From IMG/VR virus record IMGVR_UViG_3300036851_000218, positions 17,402-81,401 of that record: 64,000 nucleotides of DNA; one strand, given 5' to 3'. Position 1 is the stretch's first letter; the number at the start of each line of letters is the position of its first letter. The notes under the pieces are model-generated. The model was not told the origin of the DNA, ran no database searches, and saw only the letters and a program-made list of their open reading frames with translations. Below are positions 30,301-39,271 of the stretch, piece by piece. A program made the translations under genes and the position numbers. This stretch comes from a virus.

Positions 30301-33300
30301 CTGTCTAGTTCTGATAGCGCCTGAATGAAATCACCAATTCCAGCTAATGGTGCAGTTAAAGTTTCCAGGCCAAGTGAAACCAAGTTGCTAACGAAGTCGA
30401 ATATACCTTGCAACACGTCCTGGAAAGTAGCTACGTTTTCTGAGCCTTCTGATAATGTATTACCAGAGAAGATGTCAACAACGGTTTGTATCGCTTCTCC
30501 TATTTTAGAGAAGATCGTACCGATGTTGTCAAAGATGGTCGTTTCATTATCGTTCAGGAAGAAATCGCGGATGTTATCAATCGCTCCCTGGAAGGCGGTC
30601 TTTAATGTCTCCTCCGCGTTGGTTGTATCCAGATTAAGCAGATCACCGATGGTCAAGAAACCATCCATCACTGCATCCGCAAGACCCTGTAGAATGTCAG
30701 TAGCAATACCAGCAAACTTAGCAGCGGGGTTGTCACCTAAGAATTCGCTTATAGCTGTGCCAACACCATTTAAAATTGTTTGGCCTAGAGAAGTAAAGCT
30801 ATCAAATCCGAGTAGTCCGGCTATACCATCTAACGCAAAACTCAACAGTCCGCTTATCACTTCGGCAAGCTGTTGGATTATATTGGCGTTAGGGGTTAAT
30901 TTAATATCGAAAACGTTGGCTAGTAAGTCTTGGATGACTTTGCCGATTGTTTCTCCGATGTTTCCCGCTTGATCTAAAGCGCCGGAGAAATCTCCTGCAA
31001 ACAATAATCGGAAGAATTCTGCAAATTGAGATACCAAATTACCGACGAAATCAAATATAGACTTGAAATCGATTGATCGGATCAAGTCTCTTAATGGTAG
31101 AATGATGTTGTCGCTTAAGAACTTTAAGCCAGCCGACAATGTGTTCAGAACATTTGTAACAACGTCCAGCAAGTTAAACTCAGCTATGGCTTGCCCCCCA
31201 CCTGGGAATAGGGCTGCGAACAAATCGCCAAACAAACCAACTACGTTACTGACTAAATTGCCAAGCGTTTCAACGAACAGAATGATTGGTTCGACACCTG
31301 ATCCGAAAGACTTACGGATTGCAGTAGCTAGATCATCACCTGCCAGTAAATTAAACAGCGTGTCTACTATACCACCGAAGAGGCCAGTGAGTACCCGTTC
31401 GACTTCGCGGAATACGTCACCAATTTCAGTCAAGCCCAGGAAGTCGAACAACGCTGTAGCCAGTTTTCCAGGTGTGAACAGGAAACTGAATAAACTCGTC
31501 AGGAAACTGCTGATGCCTTCACGGTTGTTGAGTATTAAAGTCTTTACGCCTTCAATAGCTCTGCCGATTAAGGAAGCAATTGCTTCACCGATCTTACCAG
31601 CGTCTAATAGTTTTATTTCATTGACCAGATCAACCCCAAACAAACCCTGAATAGTTTGCAGAGCCAATGATCCAATCTTAGAGAAACCAGCCGTCAAGGA
31701 TTGTTGGGCAAAAGCCAGGGCTTGATCGATCCCACCACCGCTTGTTAAGATAGTGAAGAAGCCAGCGGCGGCATTACCGATTTGAGTGAACGCACCTTTT
31801 AACTGATTTAACCCGCTGCGGAGATTCCCAAACAGAACTCTGACGTTATCGCCTGTCGCTTCAAGTCCTGATTTATCTAACAGGAATTTAATCAAGGGGT
31901 TGGCAGCAAAACTGTCTGCGCTCGTTTGACTTAGAATACCGTTCTGGAAGAAGCCAGCGAACAGGCTAATTGCACTGCCCACTCTGTTCAAGTTAGCTGC
32001 AAAAGTTTTAGCAGGGGCGGCTAAGCCATTAAAAATATTACTAAACGTTTGACCAACTGACTCTAAACTGGCATCCCCACCACCAAACACGATACCAAGT
32101 AAATTACTGATAGACGTAGCGACGTTACCAACAGCAGAAAACACTAGCCCCAATGAGTCTTTCAAAGCGGTAAGAGCATCGGATGCTCCACCTACATTAG
32201 TAGAGAATATTTTTATTAAAGATCGGAAACCGGAAGCCAGTGCCGTCAAGATCAACACTAGAGGACCGGCAATCACAGCGAAAGCTGCTAAGCCCCCTAG
32301 AAACGCCAAGAAGCTACCGAGGGCAGTTGCCAATATCGACAAAACTCCGGTAAATGTTAATAGCGGAGTCACAACCCCTAAGATAGCCGCACCGAATGTT
32401 ATGAACCCACCTGTTATAACTAACGCCGTTCCAAGTATAGATGCCAAAGCTGCACCGAATGTAGCAGCGGTAGCAGCGGTAGCCAACAGTTCACCGTCAA
32501 TGGTTAATAGGGTATTAACAAACGCCAACATAACATTTGCTAGGGGACGGAAAATCGTATCAATCAGGGGCAGGAATACGTTCTTTAATAGTGTTTCAAA
32601 CGAACCCTTAATCTGGTCAACCGTAGCGCCGAACGTATCTAATAATTGCTGCGCTCGTTCGGCAGCAGTGGGGAAACGTCCAGTCTCATCAATGAAGTTT
32701 TGGATAGCGTCTGTACCTTCACCAATCAGAATGGCAGCACCTTGCTGACCAAATGTTCCAAAGATTGTCTGTATGGCTTCAAAATTTTGTTGCTGTGTAC
32801 GTGTAATTTCTAATGTAATTCGTTCTGCTTCGGATTGGCTTCCTGTAATTTCAGCAATGACAGCAGCGGCGTTGGCTTGAACCTGTGTTAGTTCACCAAC
32901 TTTTGCGTTAGCCTTATCTGTATTGAGTGCGCCAGTTACTAGGCCGTCGTTGTACTGAATAATCTGAGCCGACGCTTTAGCATAGGCTTTAGTGGCTGCG
33001 TCCAGCCGAGTAGATTGTTCGTCGGTCAAATTGCTAGTGCTGATTGTTACTGTTTTAGTTTCAGTAAACGATTTGTTTATATCGTTAATAATATCATTTA
33101 AGCTGCGGAAGTTTCCTTGCTGGTCAACTAGCGAAACACCTAGTTCGTTCAACTTACCTTTGACGGCTTCCGTTGGGCGAGTTAAATTAGACAGCAAAGA
33201 ACGTAATTGTGTTCCGGCCTCTGCACCGCGAATTCCACGATCTTCAAATAAACCAAGGACAGCTACCGTCTCTTCCATTGTCAAGCCAAATTGTGTCGCC

Positions 33301-35303
33301 AGAGGACCGACATTGGCTAACCCCGCACCCAGGCTCTCAACTGATGCAGTAGAGTTGTCCGCCGCAGCCGATAAGATGTCTGCTACAACTGCGGTATTAT
33401 CAAAGCTAGAGACCACACCTTCACGAAGTTCCGCAAATGAAGAAACTGCCTGGATAACGATACGACTGATATTTTGAATGTCTCCGCTTTCGCTTAAAGC
33501 CGTCAGATCAGCAATCGGAGACACTGCACCTTGAAGGTCGCCAACACCCAATCCTGCTTTTTGCAAATCAATGATGGCTTTTAAGGCTTCGTTAGCCGAC
33601 AGCGGGTATTTGATACCGATAGCATCTGACAAATCCAGGACGGTCTTTAATTGATCCTCTGACAAATCACCGAACACTTGTGCGCGGTTAGCCAGATCAT
33701 CGAATTCCGTCGCTATAGCGAAACCTTGTGACCCCGTTATTGCATCCAAGCCAAAGCTATTAATCAGGTTCGTCCCGAAACCTGTCAAAGACGATCCAAT
33801 ACCTTTAATCTTGGTTACTAAGTTATTCAGAATTTGAGTAACGCGGGTATCGATTGTAACAAAAGTTTGGATGAAACTAGAGGAGAATTTAGCTAACAAC
33901 ACCGCCGGATTTAAATCGCCCAGGAATACCCTAGCGATAGTTTTAGCGATTTGTATTTTAAAGAATTCGTCTAGTAGGCTTCTACCGAAATGCGTACCGA
34001 TGCCACCACCAGCTTTACCCGCTTGTTGTTTTAGCGCGTCGAACCCTTGAGAACTAAATATTTGTCCTAAACCTTTAAGTGCATCCGCAGCATTCTTATT
34101 TACTTTCAAGCCGCTGAGTTCTTTAAAGGCTCGGATAACGTTCCGTAAACTCTCAACCGTTTTATTACTAATCCCGCCGCTAGCTTTTTCATCATCTATT
34201 TCTGACAGAGATCGGAAGATAGCACCTACGCCTTGAAAGGCTTCGCCCACGCCACCTAAATTAGCACCTCTAATTCCTTTTAGTTGTCGTAGAATATCAA
34301 CTACAAACTTAACTCGATCCGATAAGACTTTCGTTATTGATTTTGATTTTCCAACATTCTTTATATCGATGCCCTTAAATACTGCATCGAACAAAGATGC
34401 TACACCAGAGAACGCAGTACCCAACGCTTTTAGTTTTTCCGTATTACCTGCGAACCGACTAAGAACGTTGAAACCTAAAACCAAACCAGTCAACAGCGCG
34501 GCTAGCTTCTTTGAGTTACCGACATCTATCTTGTCGATATGTCGGAATAGGCCGGACATACCGATACCCAGGCGTTCCAACGTTAGTGACAACTCTCGAA
34601 TAGTGTTGTTACCAGGAAGTCTTTTAGAGATTGCACCAACTAAACCAAGTACCGTTTGTAAGCTGAGTAGGAACGCCCCTAGTTTTGCCGATGATCCGAG
34701 TTTAACTTTACTCAGGCTGTCGAACAACTTTTTAATACCTGCTCCAAGACTACCGATAGCTTTGACAACAGGGGTGACATCTTCAATGGTGCTAAAACGC
34801 GAAAGCTGCGTTAAGCCAGATAATATCTTAGCGAAGTTTGCTTCTTGGACACTGGCAGAACTTAACTTAGAGAATGCTTCCCCTAATTTGGTAAGATTCT
34901 TAATAACTTTACCGACATCTGGCAGCTTACTGCTATCAGACAGAATCGAAAGCGCCTTTGCAATATTATTGAAAGGCTTAATATCAATCGCAGACATTTT
35001 CGCTAGCGCAGCCGATAGCTCAGTGAAGCCTTGGACTGTAGAAGATTTAAAATTAAGCTGCGACAGCTTTTCCAGATTTTCAATTAACTTAGCTATCTGA
35101 TTAATTTTAGCACGGCTAATGACATCCAGCAGCTTGGTTAAATTATCTACACCGTCAAACTTAAATTCAATCTTGGCTGAACGTTTACGAAGTATTTCAG
35201 TTGTGTTTGAAACTTTTGTTAGGCGGGTATCAATCTGCTCGATAACACCGAGGAGTCGTTTAAAGACTTTATCATCAAGCGTTAACTCTGTCTTTTGAGG
35301 CAT
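27366..35303 (-). CDS. Tail tape measure protein (TP901-type core)
   Basis: 2645 aa, helical, Ala/Gly/Leu-rich; GIRGAEAGTQLRSLL..L..PT and LGVSLVDQQGNFRSL motifs. Confidence 0.93.
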   Translation of the reverse strand: MPQKTELTLDDKVFKRLLGVIEQIDTRLTKVSNTTEILRKRSAKIEFKFDGVDNLTKLLDVISRAKINQIAKLIENLEKLSQLNFKSSTVQGFTELSAALAKMSAIDIKPFNNIAKALSILSDSSKLPDVGKVIKNLTKLGEAFSKLSSASVQEANFAKILSGLTQLSRFSTIEDVTPVVKAIGSLGAGIKKLFDSLSKVKLGSSAKLGAFLLSLQTVLGLVGAISKRLPGNNTIRELSLTLERLGIGMSGLFRHIDKIDVGNSKKLAALLTGLVLGFNVLSRFAGNTEKLKALGTAFSGVASLFDAVFKGIDIKNVGKSKSITKVLSDRVKFVVDILRQLKGIRGANLGGVGEAFQGVGAIFRSLSEIDDEKASGGISNKTVESLRNVIRAFKELSGLKVNKNAADALKGLGQIFSSQGFDALKQQAGKAGGGIGTHFGRSLLDEFFKIQIAKTIARVFLGDLNPAVLLAKFSSSFIQTFVTIDTRVTQILNNLVTKIKGIGSSLTGFGTNLINSFGLDAITGSQGFAIATEFDDLANRAQVFGDLSEDQLKTVLDLSDAIGIKYPLSANEALKAIIDLQKAGLGVGDLQGAVSPIADLTALSESGDIQNISRIVIQAVSSFAELREGVVSSFDNTAVVADILSAAADNSTASVESLGAGLANVGPLATQFGLTMEETVAVLGLFEDRGIRGAEAGTQLRSLLSNLTRPTEAVKGKLNELGVSLVDQQGNFRSLNDIINDINKSFTETKTVTISTSNLTDEQSTRLDAATKAYAKASAQIIQYNDGLVTGALNTDKANAKVGELTQVQANAAAVIAEITGSQSEAERITLEITRTQQQNFEAIQTIFGTFGQQGAAILIGEGTDAIQNFIDETGRFPTAAERAQQLLDTFGATVDQIKGSFETLLKNVFLPLIDTIFRPLANVMLAFVNTLLTIDGELLATAATAATFGAALASILGTALVITGGFITFGAAILGVVTPLLTFTGVLSILATALGSFLAFLGGLAAFAVIAGPLVLILTALASGFRSLIKIFSTNVGGASDALTALKDSLGLVFSAVGNVATSISNLLGIVFGGGDASLESVGQTFSNIFNGLAAPAKTFAANLNRVGSAISLFAGFFQNGILSQTSADSFAANPLIKFLLDKSGLEATGDNVRVLFGNLRSGLNQLKGAFTQIGNAAAGFFTILTSGGGIDQALAFAQQSLTAGFSKIGSLALQTIQGLFGVDLVNEIKLLDAGKIGEAIASLIGRAIEGVKTLILNNREGISSFLTSLFSFLFTPGKLATALFDFLGLTEIGDVFREVERVLTGLFGGIVDTLFNLLAGDDLATAIRKSFGSGVEPIILFVETLGNLVSNVVGLFGDLFAALFPGGGQAIAEFNLLDVVTNVLNTLSAGLKFLSDNIILPLRDLIRSIDFKSIFDFVGNLVSQFAEFFRLLFAGDFSGALDQAGNIGETIGKVIQDLLANVFDIKLTPNANIIQQLAEVISGLLSFALDGIAGLLGFDSFTSLGQTILNGVGTAISEFLGDNPAAKFAGIATDILQGLADAVMDGFLTIGDLLNLDTTNAEETLKTAFQGAIDNIRDFFLNDNETTIFDNIGTIFSKIGEAIQTVVDIFSGNTLSEGSENVATFQDVLQGIFDFVSNLVSLGLETLTAPLAGIGDFIQALSELDSNKIGIIAAAIAGIGGTLVLLNPAVAAGISSVVSSLLRFGGLASIVLTIKNIAENGAILVDAIDSLLDLDVASAAGKLVDFGLSVATGITFDILGLFGIDTIFGQTEADVRSTVEKLAGGVDTLLVNVGNGIINFINGVKGVIEGIRDTIDRVIQIATPFISVIGTIIFSPVILFIKAVQSFAELPQEKKDKIAVVFTAIAVALALYNGQAILAGIGTVVSFIGTLAGVGGGAAAAGAGALASKVTVLATALGSFAKFLAGTVVPIGIILLAIASAINNADKLFDVFFNIISLIGSIISLDLTATFDSLGGIFSSIIDFIGSTVLDAVFTIAEFFGITEIAGKTKDEFILILGQLVFTVKSSFIAVGQSLSTFFTQVFNDLGLKLNILGADIELAVSDAAARIRTIGSTNPEDDPFFKAAAVFDPKTFSIDNLSAAVGDSTISQDDLDRFSRKNAGLILSALQTSLVDETQFIDTTEFGKVLGQLDLSGSVDDFAKNIVLSGDQELKNRFFTEIGALLAAPGDQRIITQDQANAIIGAIVTEVQAGTLPSDEALNILNLLPLGGEGQLSAEQREAAIKQINDIVAKYQALVDEGAALQDQTLIVDPDVEIVPGNKGGGADFTSGLEAAILGPEQAPLTPTVPVSPFLIFSDPTQTKDDFITKAEEAIAGAGGSEPITPEIPLAPTFVGIESEEDVDALVLNFQTLNDNILIAKTSFDEFATKINDNITNLNLLSTTVTTTSGTFTTETTNIQTVWTTLNDFLTNSLNTINGGLRRIPDGLRAILSTLTLINPLVSAQLVLLQTAFMNSSTSIARSLEVVIGKLKGLRVILDEVLGKLATVGASDVGGGSGTGVAGGLAEGGPVFPGIFEILEKNEPEILFQNGRAFLLSPGGGAVRPALPTAGIPTFGGIPATQNVPNGAIGSGSNSFSIQEGDINITIQGNNLPGEVLAAQVRDLVREEQSNRDIKIRERLRTSGRS

Positions 35304-35857
35304 TATTGTTGATCCGTTGTTACAATGACAGCAAGACCTTCTTCATTGATTCTCTCTTGGGCGCGGCGGAGTATTTCTTTCGTGAAATTCCTGGGTTCAA
35401 TTCCCCTGCCGATAAAAGGTCTATAAATTACATCTTCGTTAGACCCCGCCATATTAATTTCTGGACTGCCAGGGCGAGTCATAGGGGTATTTCCGTAATC
35501 AGGTCGTCGGGGAAGATGGATAGGCCATGCTTTCAGTCCGTAATCACTAGCTGCACCGAGAGCATCCATTCCCTCATTCAAAACGTGGAATACCAAATTG
35601 CCACCTTCTCCCTCTTTAGGGACTTGTACGGTGGCTTTATAAACATAGCCGTTGCGAGTTCGTTCAGTTCGCTCTGTCTCAGCCGTGCCTAGAATACCCG
35701 TTATACCTGCACCCGCAGCTTCGTTGAATAATTTTTCGTACTCTTCTTCAACAATCTCCGCAGCACGTTGTACAGCCTCTTCAAAGCTGGCTTGTACGTA
35801 ACCCCGCATGAATTCAATTGCACGTTTTCGATCTTTCAGAATATCAATCTTAGCCAC
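35303..35857 (-). CDS. Putative neck/tail-completion protein (HK97 gp10-like)
   Basis: FHVLNEG and GIEPRNF motifs resemble the HK97-gp10 pattern. Confidence 0.45.
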   Translation of the reverse strand: MAKIDILKDRKRAIEFMRGYVQASFEEAVQRAAEIVEEEYEKLFNEAAGAGITGILGTAETERTERTRNGYVYKATVQVPKEGEGGNLVFHVLNEGMDALGAASDYGLKAWPIHLPRRPDYGNTPMTRPGSPEINMAGSNEDVIYRPFIGRGIEPRNFTKEILRRAQERINEEGLAVIVTTDQQ

Positions 35858-36326
35858 TGTGCCGATTCTCCATAGCTTTCACTTTTTGTTTCTGCAAAGA
35901 GTCATGTCGGCCTAGAATTTCTACGATATTCTCAAGATAGCTGTGGGCAATTAGTTTAGCGCGGGTGTGGATTGGCAGGGCTTGAAAAGCATCAAAATCT
36001 TTCCAGTCACCTGCCTTTTTAACAATGGATATGACGTTGTATTCGTCGGGGTATTCTTCTACAATGGACGAACCAAGCAACTCTTCTTTATACCGCTTGG
36101 CTCTATCATCGGTATTACTCAGTAGTTTCGACAGCTTCTCCCACCGGAGTAAGATCGACGCTTTGAATTTTACCCTTCTTCCGCTTAGTGGGTCGGTCTC
36201 CGTCACTGTCGTCAAGGGGGATAACTTTTCCATGTACATCTCCACCAGTTGACTCAGGTGGAAATCCGGTACGCGAATCTTTATCGCCGTCCCCCACTTC
36301 TGACACCAGTTTGGCGAAAGCATCAT
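35850..36326 (-). CDS. Tail assembly chaperone, second (gpT-like) ORF
   Basis: Overlaps the upstream chaperone by ~210 bp; W..F..LP..R motif; true start may be 36239/36233 or reached by frameshift. Confidence 0.55.
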   Translation of the reverse strand: MMLSPNWCQKWGTAIKIRVPDFHLSQLVEMYMEKLSPLTTVTETDPLSGRRVKFKASILLRWEKLSKLLSNTDDRAKRYKEELLGSSIVEEYPDEYNVISIVKKAGDWKDFDAFQALPIHTRAKLIAHSYLENIVEILGRHDSLQKQKVKAMENRHSG

Positions 36327-36828
36327 TAATGCGGCTCATCACCTGTTGCTGCAACATAGGGTCAGAGTCTAAGTAATCCATAATCTGTTTTAAACGATAT
36401 TCTGTTTGATTGTTTAGATCATGAACCGGATCAGGGATAATTGTAATACCGCGTGGTACGCGCTGCGGTTCATAGGGGGTTGGTACATTGGTGAATTCAT
36501 TATTCTCCAACAGAGCCAAAATCCAACCATGCTTTTGGGCTTCATATGCCCACTTCTCATAGTACGAAACTGCTTTGCGAATTACTTCGTTACCGTCTTG
36601 TATACGAAACACATTTGCAACCAACAGCGCAATACGATCCGTAACCGGAATGCTGTTGATATTAAAGGGGATATTGCGAGAAGTATGGAGTGCCGACACA
36701 TACTGGTCAGCAAAGTCGCGGGTATCTTTGTCAAAGAGGATATGTAAGCGAGGAGGGAACATGCCTTCGGGGGCATCTACCCATTCATCAACAATCTTAG
36801 TAACTTCGGGCTTTGTATTTGCAACCAT
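36115..36828 (-). CDS. Tail assembly chaperone (gpG-like)
   Basis: Lies between tail tube and tape measure; overlapping-ORF pair. Confidence 0.55.
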   Translation of the reverse strand: MVANTKPEVTKIVDEWVDAPEGMFPPRLHILFDKDTRDFADQYVSALHTSRNIPFNINSIPVTDRIALLVANVFRIQDGNEVIRKAVSYYEKWAYEAQKHGWILALLENNEFTNVPTPYEPQRVPRGITIIPDPVHDLNNQTEYRLKQIMDYLDSDPMLQQQVMSRINDAFAKLVSEVGDGDKDSRTGFPPESTGGDVHGKVIPLDDSDGDRPTKRKKGKIQSVDLTPVGEAVETTE

Positions 36829-36867
36829 CTTATTTATTAACCTTTAAGTGGAATAATGATTGGTCAT

Positions 36868-36896
36868 ACTATATCACGAAATAAGGATTTTGTCAA
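36868..36896 (-). promoter_or_regulatory. Sigma70-type promoter for the chaperone/tape measure/tail-tip genes
   Basis: TTGACA-17-TATAGT on the minus strand with extended -10 TG. Confidence 0.65.
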
Positions 36897-36902
36897 GAGG
36901 AA

Positions 36903-36928
36903 ATAAAAGAGACACCCGAAGGTGTCCC
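36903..36928 (-). terminator. Terminator after the tail tube gene
   Basis: GACACC-TTCG-GGTGTC stem-loop followed by a T-rich run on the minus strand. Confidence 0.7.
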
Positions 36929-36954
36929 CCTTATCTAGTTATTATAGATTAATA

Positions 36955-38448
36955 TTAGGCGTTGGGGTAGAACGGTTTACCGAACACCACTTCGCCGTCA
37001 TCAGTCGTAGCCAGGAAGATGTTGAAGTCATCGTCCACATTCATGGTCACGCTGGTGTAGTTGCCCGTAACGGCCTGACCGTTTTCCAGGGTGATAGTGC
37101 TGAATACGAAGTCGGTGAACAAGTCACGTTTGTGCAAACCGTCAACCGTAGCCACGACTGCACGATGTTCATTACCAGCAATACCAACAATCGCTGCCGA
37201 TCCAGGTATCCCTGGTTCAGTCCAGGTAGCTCCACCGTCCAGGCTTTCAGCGTAGTAGCCAGCCGCGCCACCCACAGCAAGGTGGTCTTTGTTGAATACG
37301 TTTACCGCATTCAGTGCGCCAGGAGCGCCTGGGAGATTGGCACTAATGTCAACCACCTGTACTGCGCTACCGACAAAGCGACCTTTCAGCAACGTACCGG
37401 CTTCGCCAACAACATAGAAGTTGTCGCCTTCGGTGTCCGAAGCAACGGCGGTAAAAGCCGCAGCCGCAGGGAAGGCCGAAGAAGTAACTGTCGTCCACGA
37501 TGTACCATTGTCTTCCGACACATACATTACCGGAGCGCCTGCGGCAGTGCCACCGACGGCGATAATGCTGTTGCCAAAATACTTGATACCGAAAATCGGA
37601 GCAACCACGCCTGCAACAGCAGTGAAGGATGCGCCACGATCCTGGGATACACGCAGCGTACCAGCCGTACCAGTGGCAACGGGGGCATCTGATGTACCAG
37701 CGACAATGACATCATCACGGGTCGCAACCGCATACGCGAAATCGGTAGCAGTGCCACCAATTGTCAACGTGGTTGGTGCAGAACCGAAGCGGTCATCTGT
37801 CAGCAAACCTTCGGGGACAGCCGTGCCGTCGCCACCCGTAACTACGATGTCGAGAGCAATGCCCTCATTACATCCTGGGCAGTCAACAGTCATGAACGCC
37901 GAAGCATACAACTGCTGTACCGGAGTTTCGCCGTTGGTGTAGATAATTTCGTATCCCTGCGCCCATAGGCGCAGTTTTTCGGAAATCGTCAGCACCGATG
38001 TTGACGAGATGATATTTTCATCATCAATCGTCACCAAGTCCCCTTCTTCAACTGGCTCATCCAACAGGCCATCGGGGAAGATGTCTGCATGGTTGTAGCG
38101 AGTTTCAGCAGGGCATAGATACTTCATGTAGAACGTGCGGCGGCAGTTGCGTTTCAACGCAAGCTGCTGAGCCGGAGTCCACAAAGCACCCGCAGGGAAG
38201 CCGATTGTGTAGGTACGGCTGCGCACTTCGGCAGCACGTTTAACCTTAACAACGGTTTTGATACGTCCGCCGCGCAGTTCAACGCGGGTAACAGTCAGAG
38301 CGTCACTTGAATCGGCGCTTGGGCTTGTTACGGCGTGTCCTAGCAGGGAGACGGGGGTGCTAATAGGGGTGTCACCAGCCATCATGAACAGATAGTCTTT
38401 ACTGTCAATACCTTCGGCTGGACCCCAAAATGCGGGAAGATTAGCCAT
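36955..38448 (-). CDS. Major tail (tube) protein with C-terminal Asp-box beta-propeller
   Basis: Position upstream of the chaperones, followed by a terminator; SQDRGASF, SEDNGTSW, SLDGGATW Asp-boxes. Confidence 0.6.
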   Translation of the reverse strand: MANLPAFWGPAEGIDSKDYLFMMAGDTPISTPVSLLGHAVTSPSADSSDALTVTRVELRGGRIKTVVKVKRAAEVRSRTYTIGFPAGALWTPAQQLALKRNCRRTFYMKYLCPAETRYNHADIFPDGLLDEPVEEGDLVTIDDENIISSTSVLTISEKLRLWAQGYEIIYTNGETPVQQLYASAFMTVDCPGCNEGIALDIVVTGGDGTAVPEGLLTDDRFGSAPTTLTIGGTATDFAYAVATRDDVIVAGTSDAPVATGTAGTLRVSQDRGASFTAVAGVVAPIFGIKYFGNSIIAVGGTAAGAPVMYVSEDNGTSWTTVTSSAFPAAAAFTAVASDTEGDNFYVVGEAGTLLKGRFVGSAVQVVDISANLPGAPGALNAVNVFNKDHLAVGGAAGYYAESLDGGATWTEPGIPGSAAIVGIAGNEHRAVVATVDGLHKRDLFTDFVFSTITLENGQAVTGNYTSVTMNVDDDFNIFLATTDDGEVVFGKPFYPNA

Positions 38449-38463
38449 TTGTTACCTCCACAG

Positions 38464-39096
38464 TTATGGCAATTTATACGGATATGCGCTACTAAATAAG
38501 TTGCGCCGTACCGCACTGTCATTCAAATCTTCTGGTTGCAAGGCCCCCGCCTTCCAGAATGACCGCAGTGCGTTTTGTCGAACAGTCTCGATGTCTGGAT
38601 ACAGAAATTCCAACTCCTTCGACCAATCGTAAACAGAACACGCCTTTTCTAACTCTACCAATTGTTCAGCCCTAGTATTCTCAACCTTAGATGTCTCAAC
38701 CAGATAGGCACTAACCGGAGCATCAAGTGTTACCACAAGATAGGCTTCCTTCCCGTCGCATTGATAAACTACGGGGCTTACTAATTTAACGGGGGTCTTT
38801 GGACCGCCGATGGTTGACGATTTATCTTCCTGAGCAATTTGATCTTTAGAGCGTGGATCAGGAAGTCCCTGCTGCGACTTATTGAGAGCCGCTACCTCTT
38901 CATTCAAATAAAACTTCTCTTCTGACTGAGTTTCAGCCATGCTGCCTTCAAAGTTTGAAGCGCCGTCAGTGGCATTGAATGCTTTTTCAGTTGCCTCTCC
39001 AAATTCGTTTGTCGCTTTGTCAGCAGCTTTATCTACATCCGAGTTTGAATTCGAACGTCCAAAAAAACCACTATTGCTACTTTCTTTCTTTGACAT
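38464..39096 (-). CDS. Hypothetical protein with disordered N-terminus
   Basis: AGGAG RBS; 210 aa. Confidence 0.65.
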   Translation of the reverse strand: MSKKESSNSGFFGRSNSNSDVDKAADKATNEFGEATEKAFNATDGASNFEGSMAETQSEEKFYLNEEVAALNKSQQGLPDPRSKDQIAQEDKSSTIGGPKTPVKLVSPVVYQCDGKEAYLVVTLDAPVSAYLVETSKVENTRAEQLVELEKACSVYDWSKELEFLYPDIETVRQNALRSFWKAGALQPEDLNDSAVRRNLFSSAYPYKLP

Positions 39097-39106
39097 TTTT
39101 ATTCTC

Positions 39107-39262
39107 CTATTCCAATCGCAGATCGAACAATAACGCGATACCAGCTACGAAAGCCAGAAATGCTGTGACTGCCGGAGGAATTACAATTCCAGCTAATCCA
39201 GCAGAAGCGATAGCGAATACTATCAAAAACAAGGCCAGGAGTATCTTTGCAAGTTTAGTCAT
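39107..39262 (-). CDS. Small two-TM membrane protein (51 aa, absent from the ORF track)
   Basis: MTKLAKILLALFLIVFAIASAGLAGIVIPPAVTAFLAFVAGIALLFDLRLE; AGGAG RBS; fills the gap between neighbours. Confidence 0.7.
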   Translation of the reverse strand: MTKLAKILLALFLIVFAIASAGLAGIVIPPAVTAFLAFVAGIALLFDLRLE

Positions 39263-39271
39263 CTTCATCTC

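Noticed and set aside
27487-35100. Several long + strand ORFs (up to 339 aa) antisense to the tape measure gene
   Set aside because: Shadow ORFs from codon bias of the real gene; no recognisable motifs.
36922-37942. 256-aa and 173-aa + strand ORFs opposite the tail tube gene
   Set aside because: Antisense shadows fully overlapping a well-supported gene.
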